NCBI GenBank assembly: GCA_002772645.1
Contig: PFDK01000009.1
Coordinates: forward strand, 1-52,671
Direction: 5' to 3'
From: Candidatus Pacebacteria bacterium CG10_big_fil_rev_8_21_14_0_10_56_10
GTDB taxonomy: Bacteria; Patescibacteriota; Microgenomatia; UBA1400; PJMF01
Length of the DNA stretch: 52,671 nucleotides
The position numbers and the translations under genes are program-made. The notes under the pieces are model-generated. The model did no database searches. It was not told the DNA's origin and saw only the letters and a list, made by a program, of their open reading frames with translations. Of the stretch, positions 9,438 to 18,674 are shown piece after piece. Numbering within the stretch: the first letter of the stretch is position 1; each line of letters begins with the position of its first letter.

Positions 9438-10430
9438 ATGTCGAATACTTTGCCGCCTGACGATTTTGGACAGCCTGACGATGTTGGTGCGCGCGCCGCC
9501 CAATCTGGCGATACCCAACCTCAAAGTGGTGGAAGTTCTTACGTCGACACTTATCAGCCGCCGCCCAGCCCGTCACAACCCAGCCAGCCGTCGGACAGCC
9601 CGCCCGCCAGCCCGTCACCGCCCAGCCCGACACAGCATGGCCAAGAGACTGACCAGCCAACCGGTTTGCCTGCCACTGACCAACCATTTTCAGTTCAGCC
9701 ATTTGAAGGACAACCCGTGGCAGAGCAACCTAGGGAAGGACCGTCCGCGGAAGAGCAGCCTGCAGAAGAACGGTCCGCGACAGAACGACCACTGGCAGTT
9801 GGATCATTTGATGACCGGTCGCCCCAAGAGCAACCCCAAGAGCAACCTTTAGGACCTCAGCCTGCCGAACTTCAAACAGCCACTGAACCACCGGCCGAGC
9901 CCGCTGATGTTCAGCCAGCAGAGTCTCCACCACCGCCACCAACCCAACCGGCCGAGCCACCTCCACCACCTCCGCCAACCGATCCACAGTCTACGGAGTC
10001 GCTCGAACAGCAAAACATTTTTGATCTACTGGGCGTCAGCGACGGTACTGACCAGGAGAAGGAGACATTCCTTGACGAGCTCCAGCAGGTCATTTGGGAG
10101 GATTTTTTGGAGAAGGACGTGGCGTTGTTGCTGACTGACCAGGAACACGAGCAGTTTCGACAGATTATGGACAAGCCTGGGCCGCGCGACGATCAGCGCC
10201 AGGAAGAGATTATCGAGTTCCTTGATGGGCTGATTCCCAACTTAGAGCAGATCATGCTCGAGAAAGCACTCGAGCTCAAGGAAGCGATGTTCCGCGAGAG
10301 GATCAAGGGTATGGAAGAGTTCCACGCTGGCCAGGCAGAAGCACTGGCGGCTGTTAACGAAGCCAAAGAATTGAGCAGTCAACAGCGCTGGCAAAGCGCC
10401 GCCGCCAAGCTCAACGGCATCCCGACCTAG
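9438..10430 (+). CDS. Hypothetical protein, Pro/Gln/Glu-rich N-terminus and acidic helical C-terminal domain
   Basis: 330-aa ORF; ordered C-terminal part QNIFDLLGVSDG...IWEDFLE. Confidence 0.7.
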   Translation: MSNTLPPDDFGQPDDVGARAAQSGDTQPQSGGSSYVDTYQPPPSPSQPSQPSDSPPASPSPPSPTQHGQETDQPTGLPATDQPFSVQPFEGQPVAEQPREGPSAEEQPAEERSATERPLAVGSFDDRSPQEQPQEQPLGPQPAELQTATEPPAEPADVQPAESPPPPPTQPAEPPPPPPPTDPQSTESLEQQNIFDLLGVSDGTDQEKETFLDELQQVIWEDFLEKDVALLLTDQEHEQFRQIMDKPGPRDDQRQEEIIEFLDGLIPNLEQIMLEKALELKEAMFRERIKGMEEFHAGQAEALAAVNEAKELSSQQRWQSAAAKLNGIPT

Positions 10431-10505
10431 TTACTTCCCTCAAGTTCAACAACATCCTGACGTAATCGCCGCTACCTGCGCTAGATCTGGTATGCTGGCG
10501 TCACT

Positions 10506-11519
10506 ATGAATAACCCGCTCACTCGGCTGGTGCCTTGGTGGCGCCGGCCAACAGTTTGCCTCGATGCCGGCTCGACTCGAGTGCGAGTGGGAGTACAAAG
10601 TCGACTGGTGTACGACCAGGCTGCCTGCTTGGTCAGGCACCGCCAAAGTCGGGCCGTGCTGAGAGTGGGGGACCACGCCGAGGAACTGACCCAACCGGGC
10701 CGGCAGCTGGAACGACTGCGACCGATCCGCCGGGGAGTAGTAGCCGATCCTGAGGGCGCCGGGCAGTTGCTGGAGTCGGTGTTCGACGAAGTGCTGACTA
10801 GCCAGCGCGTCAGGTCTTGGCGGGGAGTGAACGGCTACTGCGCGGTGCCGGCGGCCGCTACCCAACTCGAGCAAGTGGTGATGATCGACGTACTGCATCG
10901 GCTGGGGATTGGCCAGTGGCGGCTGATCAGCGCTGACCGGGTGCTGGCCGCGGCCATCACAGCCCACCCAGAGACGAAGCAAGCAGGTTGGATTACCGAT
11001 ATCGGTGCTGAGAAGAGCGAGGTGGTGTTCCTGACCGGGCCTGAGCTCACCAGCCAAACGGTGCCGGTGGGCTTTGCCACCTTTATTGACCAAGTGCGCT
11101 CCCAACTGCGCGACCAGTACCACTGCCAGGTCAGTTGGGAGACGGCCCACGACCTGACCTTGCGGCTGATGCACCAGGACGCTCTCGAGCCTGACCAAGT
11201 AACGTTCAAGCAAGCCGTCCGCGGCAAGGATGTGGCCACTTCACTGCCTCGGACAGTAACCGTCAAAGGCGCCGACTTGGTCGGACCGCTGAAAGTGTTA
11301 ATGCGCGAGCTGTTCGACGACGTCCAGCTGTTGTTCGCTCGGTTATCGACCAAAGACCTGACCGACGGGTTGGAACGCGGCCTGGTGGTGACCGGTGGCG
11401 GTCAGTTTCGCGCCTGGGGTGGGTTTATCCAGCAGCAGCTGGACTGTCGGGTGACACTCTCGCCTGGCCACCGCCATGACCTGGTGAGCGGCCTCTGTTT
11501 CCTGGCCGAGGCTGGGTGA
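10506..11519 (+). CDS. mreB: Divergent MreB-like actin
   Basis: LDAGST, RPIRRGVVAD, DIGAEKSE, VRGKDVATSLPR, VTGGG; directly upstream of mreC. Confidence 0.8.
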   Translation: MNNPLTRLVPWWRRPTVCLDAGSTRVRVGVQSRLVYDQAACLVRHRQSRAVLRVGDHAEELTQPGRQLERLRPIRRGVVADPEGAGQLLESVFDEVLTSQRVRSWRGVNGYCAVPAAATQLEQVVMIDVLHRLGIGQWRLISADRVLAAAITAHPETKQAGWITDIGAEKSEVVFLTGPELTSQTVPVGFATFIDQVRSQLRDQYHCQVSWETAHDLTLRLMHQDALEPDQVTFKQAVRGKDVATSLPRTVTVKGADLVGPLKVLMRELFDDVQLLFARLSTKDLTDGLERGLVVTGGGQFRAWGGFIQQQLDCRVTLSPGHRHDLVSGLCFLAEAG

Positions 11520-11594
11520 ACAACACCGAGTGAACGACGTAAAGATATCGAAAAATAACGGTAGAGAAAAGTCGACAGAAAAGTCGACAGAAAA

Positions 11595-12467
11595 ATGAAA
11601 AAATCGACCAGCCGCGATGCCAACCATTTTCGGCAACTTCTGCCCATTGACTGGTGGCAGCTCGACCAGCCCCAAAAGTATTGGTTGGTAGCCGGCGCGG
11701 TGGTGGCTATCATGGGGGCGATCGACTTTTTGGACCTGGCCCGGCCTTACTATTACTGGGGTCGTGGTCGGCTGCTGCCACTGGGCCAAGCCGCCGTCAG
11801 CACCGTCCAAGCTGCCGGCTGGCCGTGGCGGGTCATCAGTCAACTTAACTCAGCCGCCCACCGGGTCCAACAGCTCGAGTCTAAGTTGGCCGAACTGGAG
11901 TCCCAGGAGGCCGAGCTGACCGGTTTGCGAGCCGAAAACCACCAACTGCGAGCGCTGGTTGAGGGCAGGACCAGCGGCAGAGATGGTGGCCGCCCCACCC
12001 AACGAGTCACCAGTCCGATCGTGTCACTGTCCCAGCCCGGCATCGGCATCGGCAGTAACCAAGGGGTTCAGCCGGGCAATATGGTACTGGTTTCCGGAGT
12101 GTTAGTGGGAGTAGTGACTACGGTTGAACCGGAGTCGGCGCAACTTAACGTCTTGAGCCACGGCTCCGCCCAGCCAGTGGTAGCGGTGACAGAGGGTGGC
12201 GCCGAAGGGATCGTGGTTGGCGACGGCCGGCGAGTACTGCTGACCGAAGTACTGCCAAACGCGTCGGTAGAGATAGGTCAGCGGGTGACAACCCTCGGTC
12301 AGCCCGGAATTCCCCGCGACGTGCTGATTGGTACAATCACTGCCGACATCAGTCGGCCGGAAGACCCGGTAGCCACCCTGGTGGTGGACCAGTCAGTCGG
12401 ATTTGCCACTGCCCGGTTGGTAGAAGTGGTTGTTACCGGTCCGGAGAGCGGGAGTGCCAGGCAATGA
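11595..12467 (+). CDS. mreC: Rod shape-determining protein MreC
   Basis: TM segment, coiled coil LRAENHQLRAL, GSNQGVQPG and beta domain; operon context. Confidence 0.85.
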   Translation: MKKSTSRDANHFRQLLPIDWWQLDQPQKYWLVAGAVVAIMGAIDFLDLARPYYYWGRGRLLPLGQAAVSTVQAAGWPWRVISQLNSAAHRVQQLESKLAELESQEAELTGLRAENHQLRALVEGRTSGRDGGRPTQRVTSPIVSLSQPGIGIGSNQGVQPGNMVLVSGVLVGVVTTVEPESAQLNVLSHGSAQPVVAVTEGGAEGIVVGDGRRVLLTEVLPNASVEIGQRVTTLGQPGIPRDVLIGTITADISRPEDPVATLVVDQSVGFATARLVEVVVTGPESGSARQ

Positions 12468-12489
12468 GAACTGCAGGGGCGCTAAAACC

Positions 12490-12990
12490 ATGACAACTTC
12501 ACCACTAAAACTTCCGGCACTCAGTCTCTCGATGTTTGGCGTCAGCTCTCAGCTGGCCTTGGTGAGCGGCTTGGCCCAGCTGCTCGGTTTGGCGGCGGTG
12601 ATCGCGGTCGAGCAAGCGGTGGGCTGGCCGCTGATTAGTACCGGCCTGGCGGTCTGGTGGCTGGACCGGCGTCGCGGTTGGGAGCAGTTAGCGGGAGTGG
12701 TGGGCTGGGGGGTAGTATTGGCGGTGGCGTATGACCTGCCGTTAAGCGTGGGGCTGGTGGGATTGCTGATTGGTCTGGAGGTCTGGCGGCGCAGCCGTGG
12801 TTGGCCAAGCCGGGCCATCAGGCTGCAGCTGGCCGCGGCGCTGGCCGCGGCTTGGCTGGGAAGTTGGGTCGGCCTGCGGCTGTCCACACTAGAGATAGTA
12901 GTGGCGGCTGTTGGCTTGATATGGTTGGCGCTGTGGAGCCGGCTAAGCACCGCCGCTTGGTGGCAGCGCCGTTACTTGAAATGGGTGTGA
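12490..12990 (+). CDS. Membrane protein in MreD position
   Basis: Multi-TM hydrophobic protein between mreC and pbp2. Confidence 0.55.
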   Translation: MTTSPLKLPALSLSMFGVSSQLALVSGLAQLLGLAAVIAVEQAVGWPLISTGLAVWWLDRRRGWEQLAGVVGWGVVLAVAYDLPLSVGLVGLLIGLEVWRRSRGWPSRAIRLQLAAALAAAWLGSWVGLRLSTLEIVVAAVGLIWLALWSRLSTAAWWQRRYLKWV

Positions 12991-13122
12991 GCCGAGTGGG
13001 CCCACTGCCGCCGCGCCCGAAATCAACATCCACATCAACATCGAAATCGAAAACCATATTGACCCTGAACTTCTTGACCATGAACTTTGCCCTCGTCGCT
13101 ACCAAGTACCACCATCGCTAAA

Positions 13123-14925
13123 ATGCAACTGCCCTGGAGATTACTGGCCGTCCTGGCATTGTTCACCAGCTTGTTTGGCTTGCTGTGGCTGAGGGCCTGG
13201 GACGTTCAGGTGTTCCGTGGCAGTGAGTTTGCGCAGCAAGCCTTGGCAAACCGGCTCTACCAACTGCCGCTGACCGCTAATCGGGGAGTGATCACCGATC
13301 GCTACGGCCTGCCACTGGCCTGGAACCAGCGCCAGTACTGGTTAGCGGACCAGCCCGACTCGCTCTATTCAGACTTAACGCCGCTGGACCGCCAACAGGC
13401 GTTGGAGCGGCTGGCTACCCAGAGTGGCGCCGTCCGCAAGACTAACGCTCGCCGCTACGCGCTGGCTACTGAGCTGGCCCACGTCATTGGCTACACCGGC
13501 CAGGTCACGTCCGAGGAGCTCGACACAGATCCTAACTTGACCATTCGCTCCACCACCGGCAAACTTGGCCTGGAGAAGCTCTACGACGCCCGACTCAGGG
13601 GACAAGAGGGCCGGCAGACCCAGGAGATTGATGCCCTGCTCCAGCGGCTGCGGCTCTTCCAGGTCCAGCCCGCCCAAAGCGGTCAAGGCCTGGCTACCAG
13701 CTTGGACAGGTTTTTGGCTGAAGTGGCCTACCAGGCGCTAGGCGAACAGCGCGGCTCGGTGGTGATCAGCGACGCCAGGACCGGTCAAGTGCTGGTGCTG
13801 GTCAACAAGCCCAGTTTCAACGCCGAGCTGTTCACCCACCCTGACCAGCACTTGCCCGACGCCGCCACCCGCCACCAGCTCAGCCAAGTGTTCCAAGACG
13901 AGACCGAGCCGATGTTTAACCGGGCGCTAGCCGGTCTTTATCCGCCCGGTTCTGTTTTTAAGCTGGTCACGGCGCTGGCCGGGCTCGAGACCGGCCGGCT
14001 GGACAGTACCACTACCGTACTTGACGAAGGCGTGATCCGGGTCGGCGAGTTCGAGTACAGCAATTGGTACTTTAGCCAGTTTGGCCGGACCGAAGGCGAG
14101 ATCGGGCTGCAGCGGGCTATCTCGCGCAGTAACGACATTTTTTTCTACAAGGCCGCCGAGTGGATCGGGCCTGATCGGCTGGCCGAGAACGCTCGACTGC
14201 TGGGCTTTGGCCGGCCCACCGGCATCGAGCTGAGCGGCGAGGCGGCCGGACTGGTCCCTAGCCCAGCCTGGAAAGAGACCACTGTCGGGGAGCGCTGGTT
14301 CCTGGGCAACACTTACCACTTCGGGATCGGCCAGGGCGACGTGTTGGTCACGCCACTCCAGGTTAATCAGCTCACCCAGACGCTGGCTAACGGCGGCACC
14401 CAGTGCCGGCCCACGCTGGTGGCGGGAGCGCCGCCGCGCTGTCAAGAGGTGGGCCTACTGCTCGATCACCTCAACGTAGTGCTGGCCGGCATGATCGATG
14501 CCTGCTCTCTGGGCGGGACGGCTTTCCCGTTTTTTGAACGCAACCAACACTTGGCCGCCGCCTCCGCCACGACCACCACGACCGCCACGACAGAGACCGA
14601 GTCGGTTGCCGAGCGCCTCCGTCAGGGCCAGCTGGCCTGCAAGACCGGCACCTCCGAGTTCGGCGGCGCTGACGAGCGAGGCTTCAGAAGGACGCACGGC
14701 TGGTTTACCGCCATCGTCGAGCCCCGACTGGCAGCAGTCGTTGACAGCCCTGCCGGCCGCTACCAAAGCTGGCGCCAGGCCATCGCCCAGCACGACTTTC
14801 CCCGGCGGCTGGCCATCACCGTTTTAGTCGAGAGCGACGACGACGAGCCGTTCAAAGAAGGCTCAGCCGACGCCGCCCCCGTCGCCAAGCAAATCATCGA
14901 CTGGATGGAGCAGGGACCGGAGTAG
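13123..14925 (+). CDS. mrdA: Class B penicillin-binding protein (PBP2)
   Basis: RGVITDRYG, GKLGLEK, PGSVFK (SxxK), SND, KTGT. Confidence 0.9.
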   Translation: MQLPWRLLAVLALFTSLFGLLWLRAWDVQVFRGSEFAQQALANRLYQLPLTANRGVITDRYGLPLAWNQRQYWLADQPDSLYSDLTPLDRQQALERLATQSGAVRKTNARRYALATELAHVIGYTGQVTSEELDTDPNLTIRSTTGKLGLEKLYDARLRGQEGRQTQEIDALLQRLRLFQVQPAQSGQGLATSLDRFLAEVAYQALGEQRGSVVISDARTGQVLVLVNKPSFNAELFTHPDQHLPDAATRHQLSQVFQDETEPMFNRALAGLYPPGSVFKLVTALAGLETGRLDSTTTVLDEGVIRVGEFEYSNWYFSQFGRTEGEIGLQRAISRSNDIFFYKAAEWIGPDRLAENARLLGFGRPTGIELSGEAAGLVPSPAWKETTVGERWFLGNTYHFGIGQGDVLVTPLQVNQLTQTLANGGTQCRPTLVAGAPPRCQEVGLLLDHLNVVLAGMIDACSLGGTAFPFFERNQHLAAASATTTTTATTETESVAERLRQGQLACKTGTSEFGGADERGFRRTHGWFTAIVEPRLAAVVDSPAGRYQSWRQAIAQHDFPRRLAITVLVESDDDEPFKEGSADAAPVAKQIIDWMEQGPE

Positions 14926-14988
14926 CTTGGAGCTCGCTTCGTCTATCAATCGTCTATTATTTGTCTACAATCTGCTAAGATAGAAGCT

Positions 14989-16026
14989 ATGTTTACTCCA
15001 AAATATACTATTACTAATAAACTTCTCGCCAATATCAAGCGCATTAACACTCTTATTTCTGAGCTTAACAACAAACGCCTCCCCAAAGTTGTCTTAATTG
15101 AATTAGAGAGAACAGCACGGGAAATTTCAGCACATGCTTCTACCAGTATTGAAGGCAACCCGCTCCCCTTAACAGAGGTCAAGAAAATACTCAAAGCTAA
15201 ACCAGTCAATGCAAGAGAAAGCGAAACAGAGGTACTTAACTACAATGAAGCTTTGGAATACCTGGATAGAAAGCTACGAGAGGGCAGTATTATTCCGTCC
15301 GTGGAACTTATTCTCGAAATCCACAGCATAGTGATGAGAAACTTGATGACACGACACGAAGATATCGGCGCTCTGCGAAAAAGGCCAGTAGTTGTTAACG
15401 ATCCACTAACAAGACAGGTTGTATATCTCCCTGCAGACGTTGAGGGAGTGAAACCATTGATGGATGAATTGATCAATTTTGTTAAACAAAAACGTAAAGA
15501 GACTGACGCTCTAATTTTGTCTGGAATCTTTCACAAGCAAATGGTTTTGATTCATCCATTTATGGATGGCAATGGCAGAACTACTCGCCTAGGAACTAAA
15601 GTGTTACTTGCCGAAATGGGATTAAATACTTTTAACCTCTTTAGTTTTGAAAATTACTACAATAACAACGTAGCTCGCTATTTCCAGTATGTTGGGGAAC
15701 GAGGGGATTATTATGAGTTAGAAAATCAAATTGATTTCACTCCATGGCTCGAATACTTCACCGATGGAATAATCGACGAATTTCTAAGAGTGCAAGGGAT
15801 TCTGCCTCAAGTAGCTAATAGTCCTGAAACAGAATTGTTGGAGTACCATCAAAAAATATTAGATTTTATAAGACAAAAAGGATTCATTAAAGATAGTGAC
15901 TACGCAAAGTTAGTTAACAGAGCTAGGTCAACTAGAGCGTTGGACTTGCAGAAGCTAGTTGACCTGGGGTTAATTGAAAGAAAAGGCAAAGGTAAAGCTA
16001 CTTATTATATTTTGAAGGACGAGTGA
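14989..16026 (+). CDS. Fic-domain protein with N-terminal inhibitory motif and C-terminal wHTH
   Basis: HPFMDGNGRTTR; STSIEGN; AT-rich. Confidence 0.92.
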   Translation: MFTPKYTITNKLLANIKRINTLISELNNKRLPKVVLIELERTAREISAHASTSIEGNPLPLTEVKKILKAKPVNARESETEVLNYNEALEYLDRKLREGSIIPSVELILEIHSIVMRNLMTRHEDIGALRKRPVVVNDPLTRQVVYLPADVEGVKPLMDELINFVKQKRKETDALILSGIFHKQMVLIHPFMDGNGRTTRLGTKVLLAEMGLNTFNLFSFENYYNNNVARYFQYVGERGDYYELENQIDFTPWLEYFTDGIIDEFLRVQGILPQVANSPETELLEYHQKILDFIRQKGFIKDSDYAKLVNRARSTRALDLQKLVDLGLIERKGKGKATYYILKDE

Positions 16027-16117
16027 TTAGCTCGCCACTTGAGTATTTTTTGCTGGAACCTTTCAGACTTGGGCGCTCCCGCCATCATTTTGAGCTCACG
16101 AACTTACGTTAACATTT

Positions 16118-16501
16118 TTACCAAACGGTCTTGACAGAATATTGGCGTATCAACCGGTCCGGTGTGACAATCACAAAATCTCTGGCAATGGCCTGACAGA
16201 CAAGCATCCTGTCAAAAGGATCACTGTGAAGATTCTTTAATTTTTCGAGCTTTACCACGTCGTCTTCCTCCAGAGGCAGTGGCTCAACTCCGTGCAGTTT
16301 CCTTTGGGCCGGTATGTACTTGTCGGGCTTCTCCGGCAGAGGAAGTTTTCCGAGTTTGTACTTGATGACTATTTCCCAAACCGAGATACTGCTCAGGTAA
16401 ACCTTGTTATTTTCATTAAGATACAACTCCTCTGCCTTTTTTGACAGTTTACTAGACCCGGTTACGACCCAGAGAAAGGTAACAGTATCCAGCAGGATCA
16501 T
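16118..16501 (-). CDS. vapC: PIN-domain VapC toxin
   Basis: ILLDT, SISVWEI, HSDPFDRML. Confidence 0.92.
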   Translation of the reverse strand: MILLDTVTFLWVVTGSSKLSKKAEELYLNENNKVYLSSISVWEIVIKYKLGKLPLPEKPDKYIPAQRKLHGVEPLPLEEDDVVKLEKLKNLHSDPFDRMLVCQAIARDFVIVTPDRLIRQYSVKTVW

Positions 16502-16737
16502 TTGGGGTTGGCAAAAGAGTTGGTGGTGGGCCCTGGCAGGGGTTCGAAGAAGCTTTCAGGAACTTCAAACTTTACCTTACTTTGACCAACAGCCCTTTTG
16601 GGCTTGGGTTTGGCAAGTAGCTTGAGCTCCGCGACAGGAACGTTCCTTTTGGCCACAATTACCCGTTGGCCTTTCTGGACCAGATCAATATAACGCGACA
16701 AATTTGCCTTGGCCTGATGAATGTTTACCGTTAACAT
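16498..16737 (-). CDS. Phd/YefM antitoxin
   Basis: VNIHQAKANLSRYIDLV...VIVAKRNVPVAEL; 4-nt overlap with vapC. Confidence 0.9.
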   Translation of the reverse strand: MLTVNIHQAKANLSRYIDLVQKGQRVIVAKRNVPVAELKLLAKPKPKRAVGQSKVKFEVPESFFEPLPGPTTNSFANPK

Positions 16738-16743
16738 GGCTAA

Positions 16744-16772
16744 ATGATAGACCAACTACTTGGTCATGTCAA
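16744..16772 (-). promoter_or_regulatory. Sigma70 promoter with palindromic operator for phd-vapC, leaderless
   Basis: Minus strand TTGACA-17 nt-TATCAT-6 nt-ATG; the spacer holds GACCAA-N4-TTGGTC. Confidence 0.85.
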
Positions 16773-16776
16773 CTCA

Positions 16777-16914
16777 CTCAAAATTTCAAAAGAGCTGCGG
16801 GACGCCATTCAGATTTATCACCAAACAAATTTTTACATAGCAGACTGCGTTATAATTGCCCACTCAAGTAAACGTCAGTTACTTAGCTTCGACGAAAAGA
16901 TGAGAAAGTTTTAA
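16777..16914 (+). pseudogene. 3' fragment of a PIN-domain toxin (not in ORF track)
   Basis: Manual translation LKISKELRDAIQIYHQTNFYIADCVIIAHSSKRQLLSFDEKMRKF*, matching the PIN C-terminal ADC...LLSFD pattern. Confidence 0.6.
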
Positions 16915-16928
16915 CTTAAGCGGGCAGA

Positions 16929-17160
16929 CTAAATCTTTCCTGAACTCTTTTCGAGCCAGGCGGAGATCGCGGACGGTTCCAGTTTCTCATTGTCCACAGC
17001 GATCACAAAATCCGCTGCTTTTAACTTAGTGGACGTGAGGTGGTACCCGTTGTCCCACAACAATTTATGCGCTGCCGCCCAGGCGGTTCGCTTGTTTCCG
17101 TTGGTGAACGGATGATTGAGGGTCAGCGAATGCAGCAACGCTGCCGCTTTGTCAAAAGAA
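16929..17160 (-). pseudogene. 5'-truncated Doc-type toxin
   Basis: FDKAAALLHSLTLNHPFTNGNKRTA; N-terminal third missing. Confidence 0.75.
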
Positions 17161-17226
17161 ATGACGTGGAATGGAGTGAACAGCAGTTCGCTCACCAGGG
17201 TTGAACTATGCATTATGATACACGTT

Positions 17227-18570
17227 ATGAAAAATAGAGAAGTTAAACGTAAGGGGGATTCTAGCCAGGGAACTGGTTCGGTTGAGGAACTGGGAGAAGA
17301 AACAGAACGCACGCCTTCTCAACTATTCGACGAATGTACTCCACTTTTGGCATCTCGCCATCCCGCCAAAATAGAGCAAGCTCGAGGTGTGATAGATAAA
17401 ATACTTCAAGCTCTGGGACTTGACCCTTCGGCGTACCAAAAGTGGGCAGACCTGTCGATTAAGGCTGGATCAGTTGATGACCCAAGCTTAAAAATGGCCA
17501 AAGCTATTCTTGAGTTTATGCCGGTAGTGATTAAGTTAGAATCTCAAAGACCAGGCTTAGTCAAGTACTTCGCGGACAATTTTGGCCTAGTATGTTTTGG
17601 TCGCACAGTGACTGATAGTCGCTACTTTACTGAGTGGTATGACGCCCTCAGCCGAACTGACGCTCAACAAGGAGAAAGTGAACGGCAAAAATGGGTACGC
17701 TTGGTAAGTGAATCATTATCTGCGGTTGGACTTTCGAACCAGATAATTGAGCAACTATTTACTACCTGGAAACATTGTAGTCGGGACTCAAACCCTTTCA
17801 CTTCCGTGTCAAAAAACACGGCAGCATTACTTAAGCTTTACTCCATAGCCCAATATAAAACTACCGTACCAACTTTAGTTGAAGAGTTTGGTATCCACAA
17901 TTTTTGCCGATACGATCCTCAAGTCTTGATAAATCAGTTCGAGCATAAAAATGCTCCGGGCGATTTTGGTTTGCTAGTTTTTCCAAAAACTGACTGGAAC
18001 GAAGCCTTTGATCAAAACTCGGGAGTCATCTCGCAACTCGCAACAAAATCGACGCAACTCGGGATTAACCTGAGGATAGTTGAGGCCGGCAGGGTGAATG
18101 AGCTACTGGCTCGAACCGGGAAAATGGTCAGGAAATCCGGAGGCAAGATAATGTACTTGGTTTTAGGCGGGCACGGTTCTCTAGACGATATTCGTTTGGG
18201 TGGAGATCCCCACTTTGGGGAAACCGATGGGAGGAGGAGAGTAGTTACAACTCAAGATGTTCTAAGACCGGAAACCAGGTTGTTTAGACGCTGGTTCGCA
18301 GATAACCCTCAGATTGTGCTGGTATCTTGTTCGACAGGTGGAGATGGGGGGATTGCTGAAAAAATATCGGCCCAACTAAACGCCAGGGTAACCGCACCAG
18401 TGAAACCCAGCAACGTAAATACGATTCAGTTGTTTAGAACTGGGGGCGATAGAGGGGACGGGGGAAACGATCTCGATCTATGGGTGGTTTACACAAGAAG
18501 CCAATCGGCTAAGTTCAACGCCGGAGCCAGAATTCGAGATGATGGCTGGTTTGAAATTAGGTTAGTCTAG
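17227..18570 (+). CDS. Orphan protein with putative C-terminal caspase-fold (clan CD) His-Cys domain
   Basis: YLVLGGHGS ... IVLVSCSTG; start 7 nt after TATGAT. Confidence 0.6.
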   Translation: MKNREVKRKGDSSQGTGSVEELGEETERTPSQLFDECTPLLASRHPAKIEQARGVIDKILQALGLDPSAYQKWADLSIKAGSVDDPSLKMAKAILEFMPVVIKLESQRPGLVKYFADNFGLVCFGRTVTDSRYFTEWYDALSRTDAQQGESERQKWVRLVSESLSAVGLSNQIIEQLFTTWKHCSRDSNPFTSVSKNTAALLKLYSIAQYKTTVPTLVEEFGIHNFCRYDPQVLINQFEHKNAPGDFGLLVFPKTDWNEAFDQNSGVISQLATKSTQLGINLRIVEAGRVNELLARTGKMVRKSGGKIMYLVLGGHGSLDDIRLGGDPHFGETDGRRRVVTTQDVLRPETRLFRRWFADNPQIVLVSCSTGGDGGIAEKISAQLNARVTAPVKPSNVNTIQLFRTGGDRGDGGNDLDLWVVYTRSQSAKFNAGARIRDDGWFEIRLV

Positions 18571-18674
18571 ATAATGAAAACTACCTATATCGTTGGCCCG
18601 ATCACTTCGGTAAGACCTCTCCTTAAATCTCGCGCAAGCTGAACGTAAGCTTGGTGGGCTAAAGTCAGCACAGC

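Noticed and set aside
10506..11519. Actin as the ParM partner of the RHH/iteron system
   Set aside because: It lies in an mreBCD-pbp2 operon 5 kb away and has MreB-specific segments.
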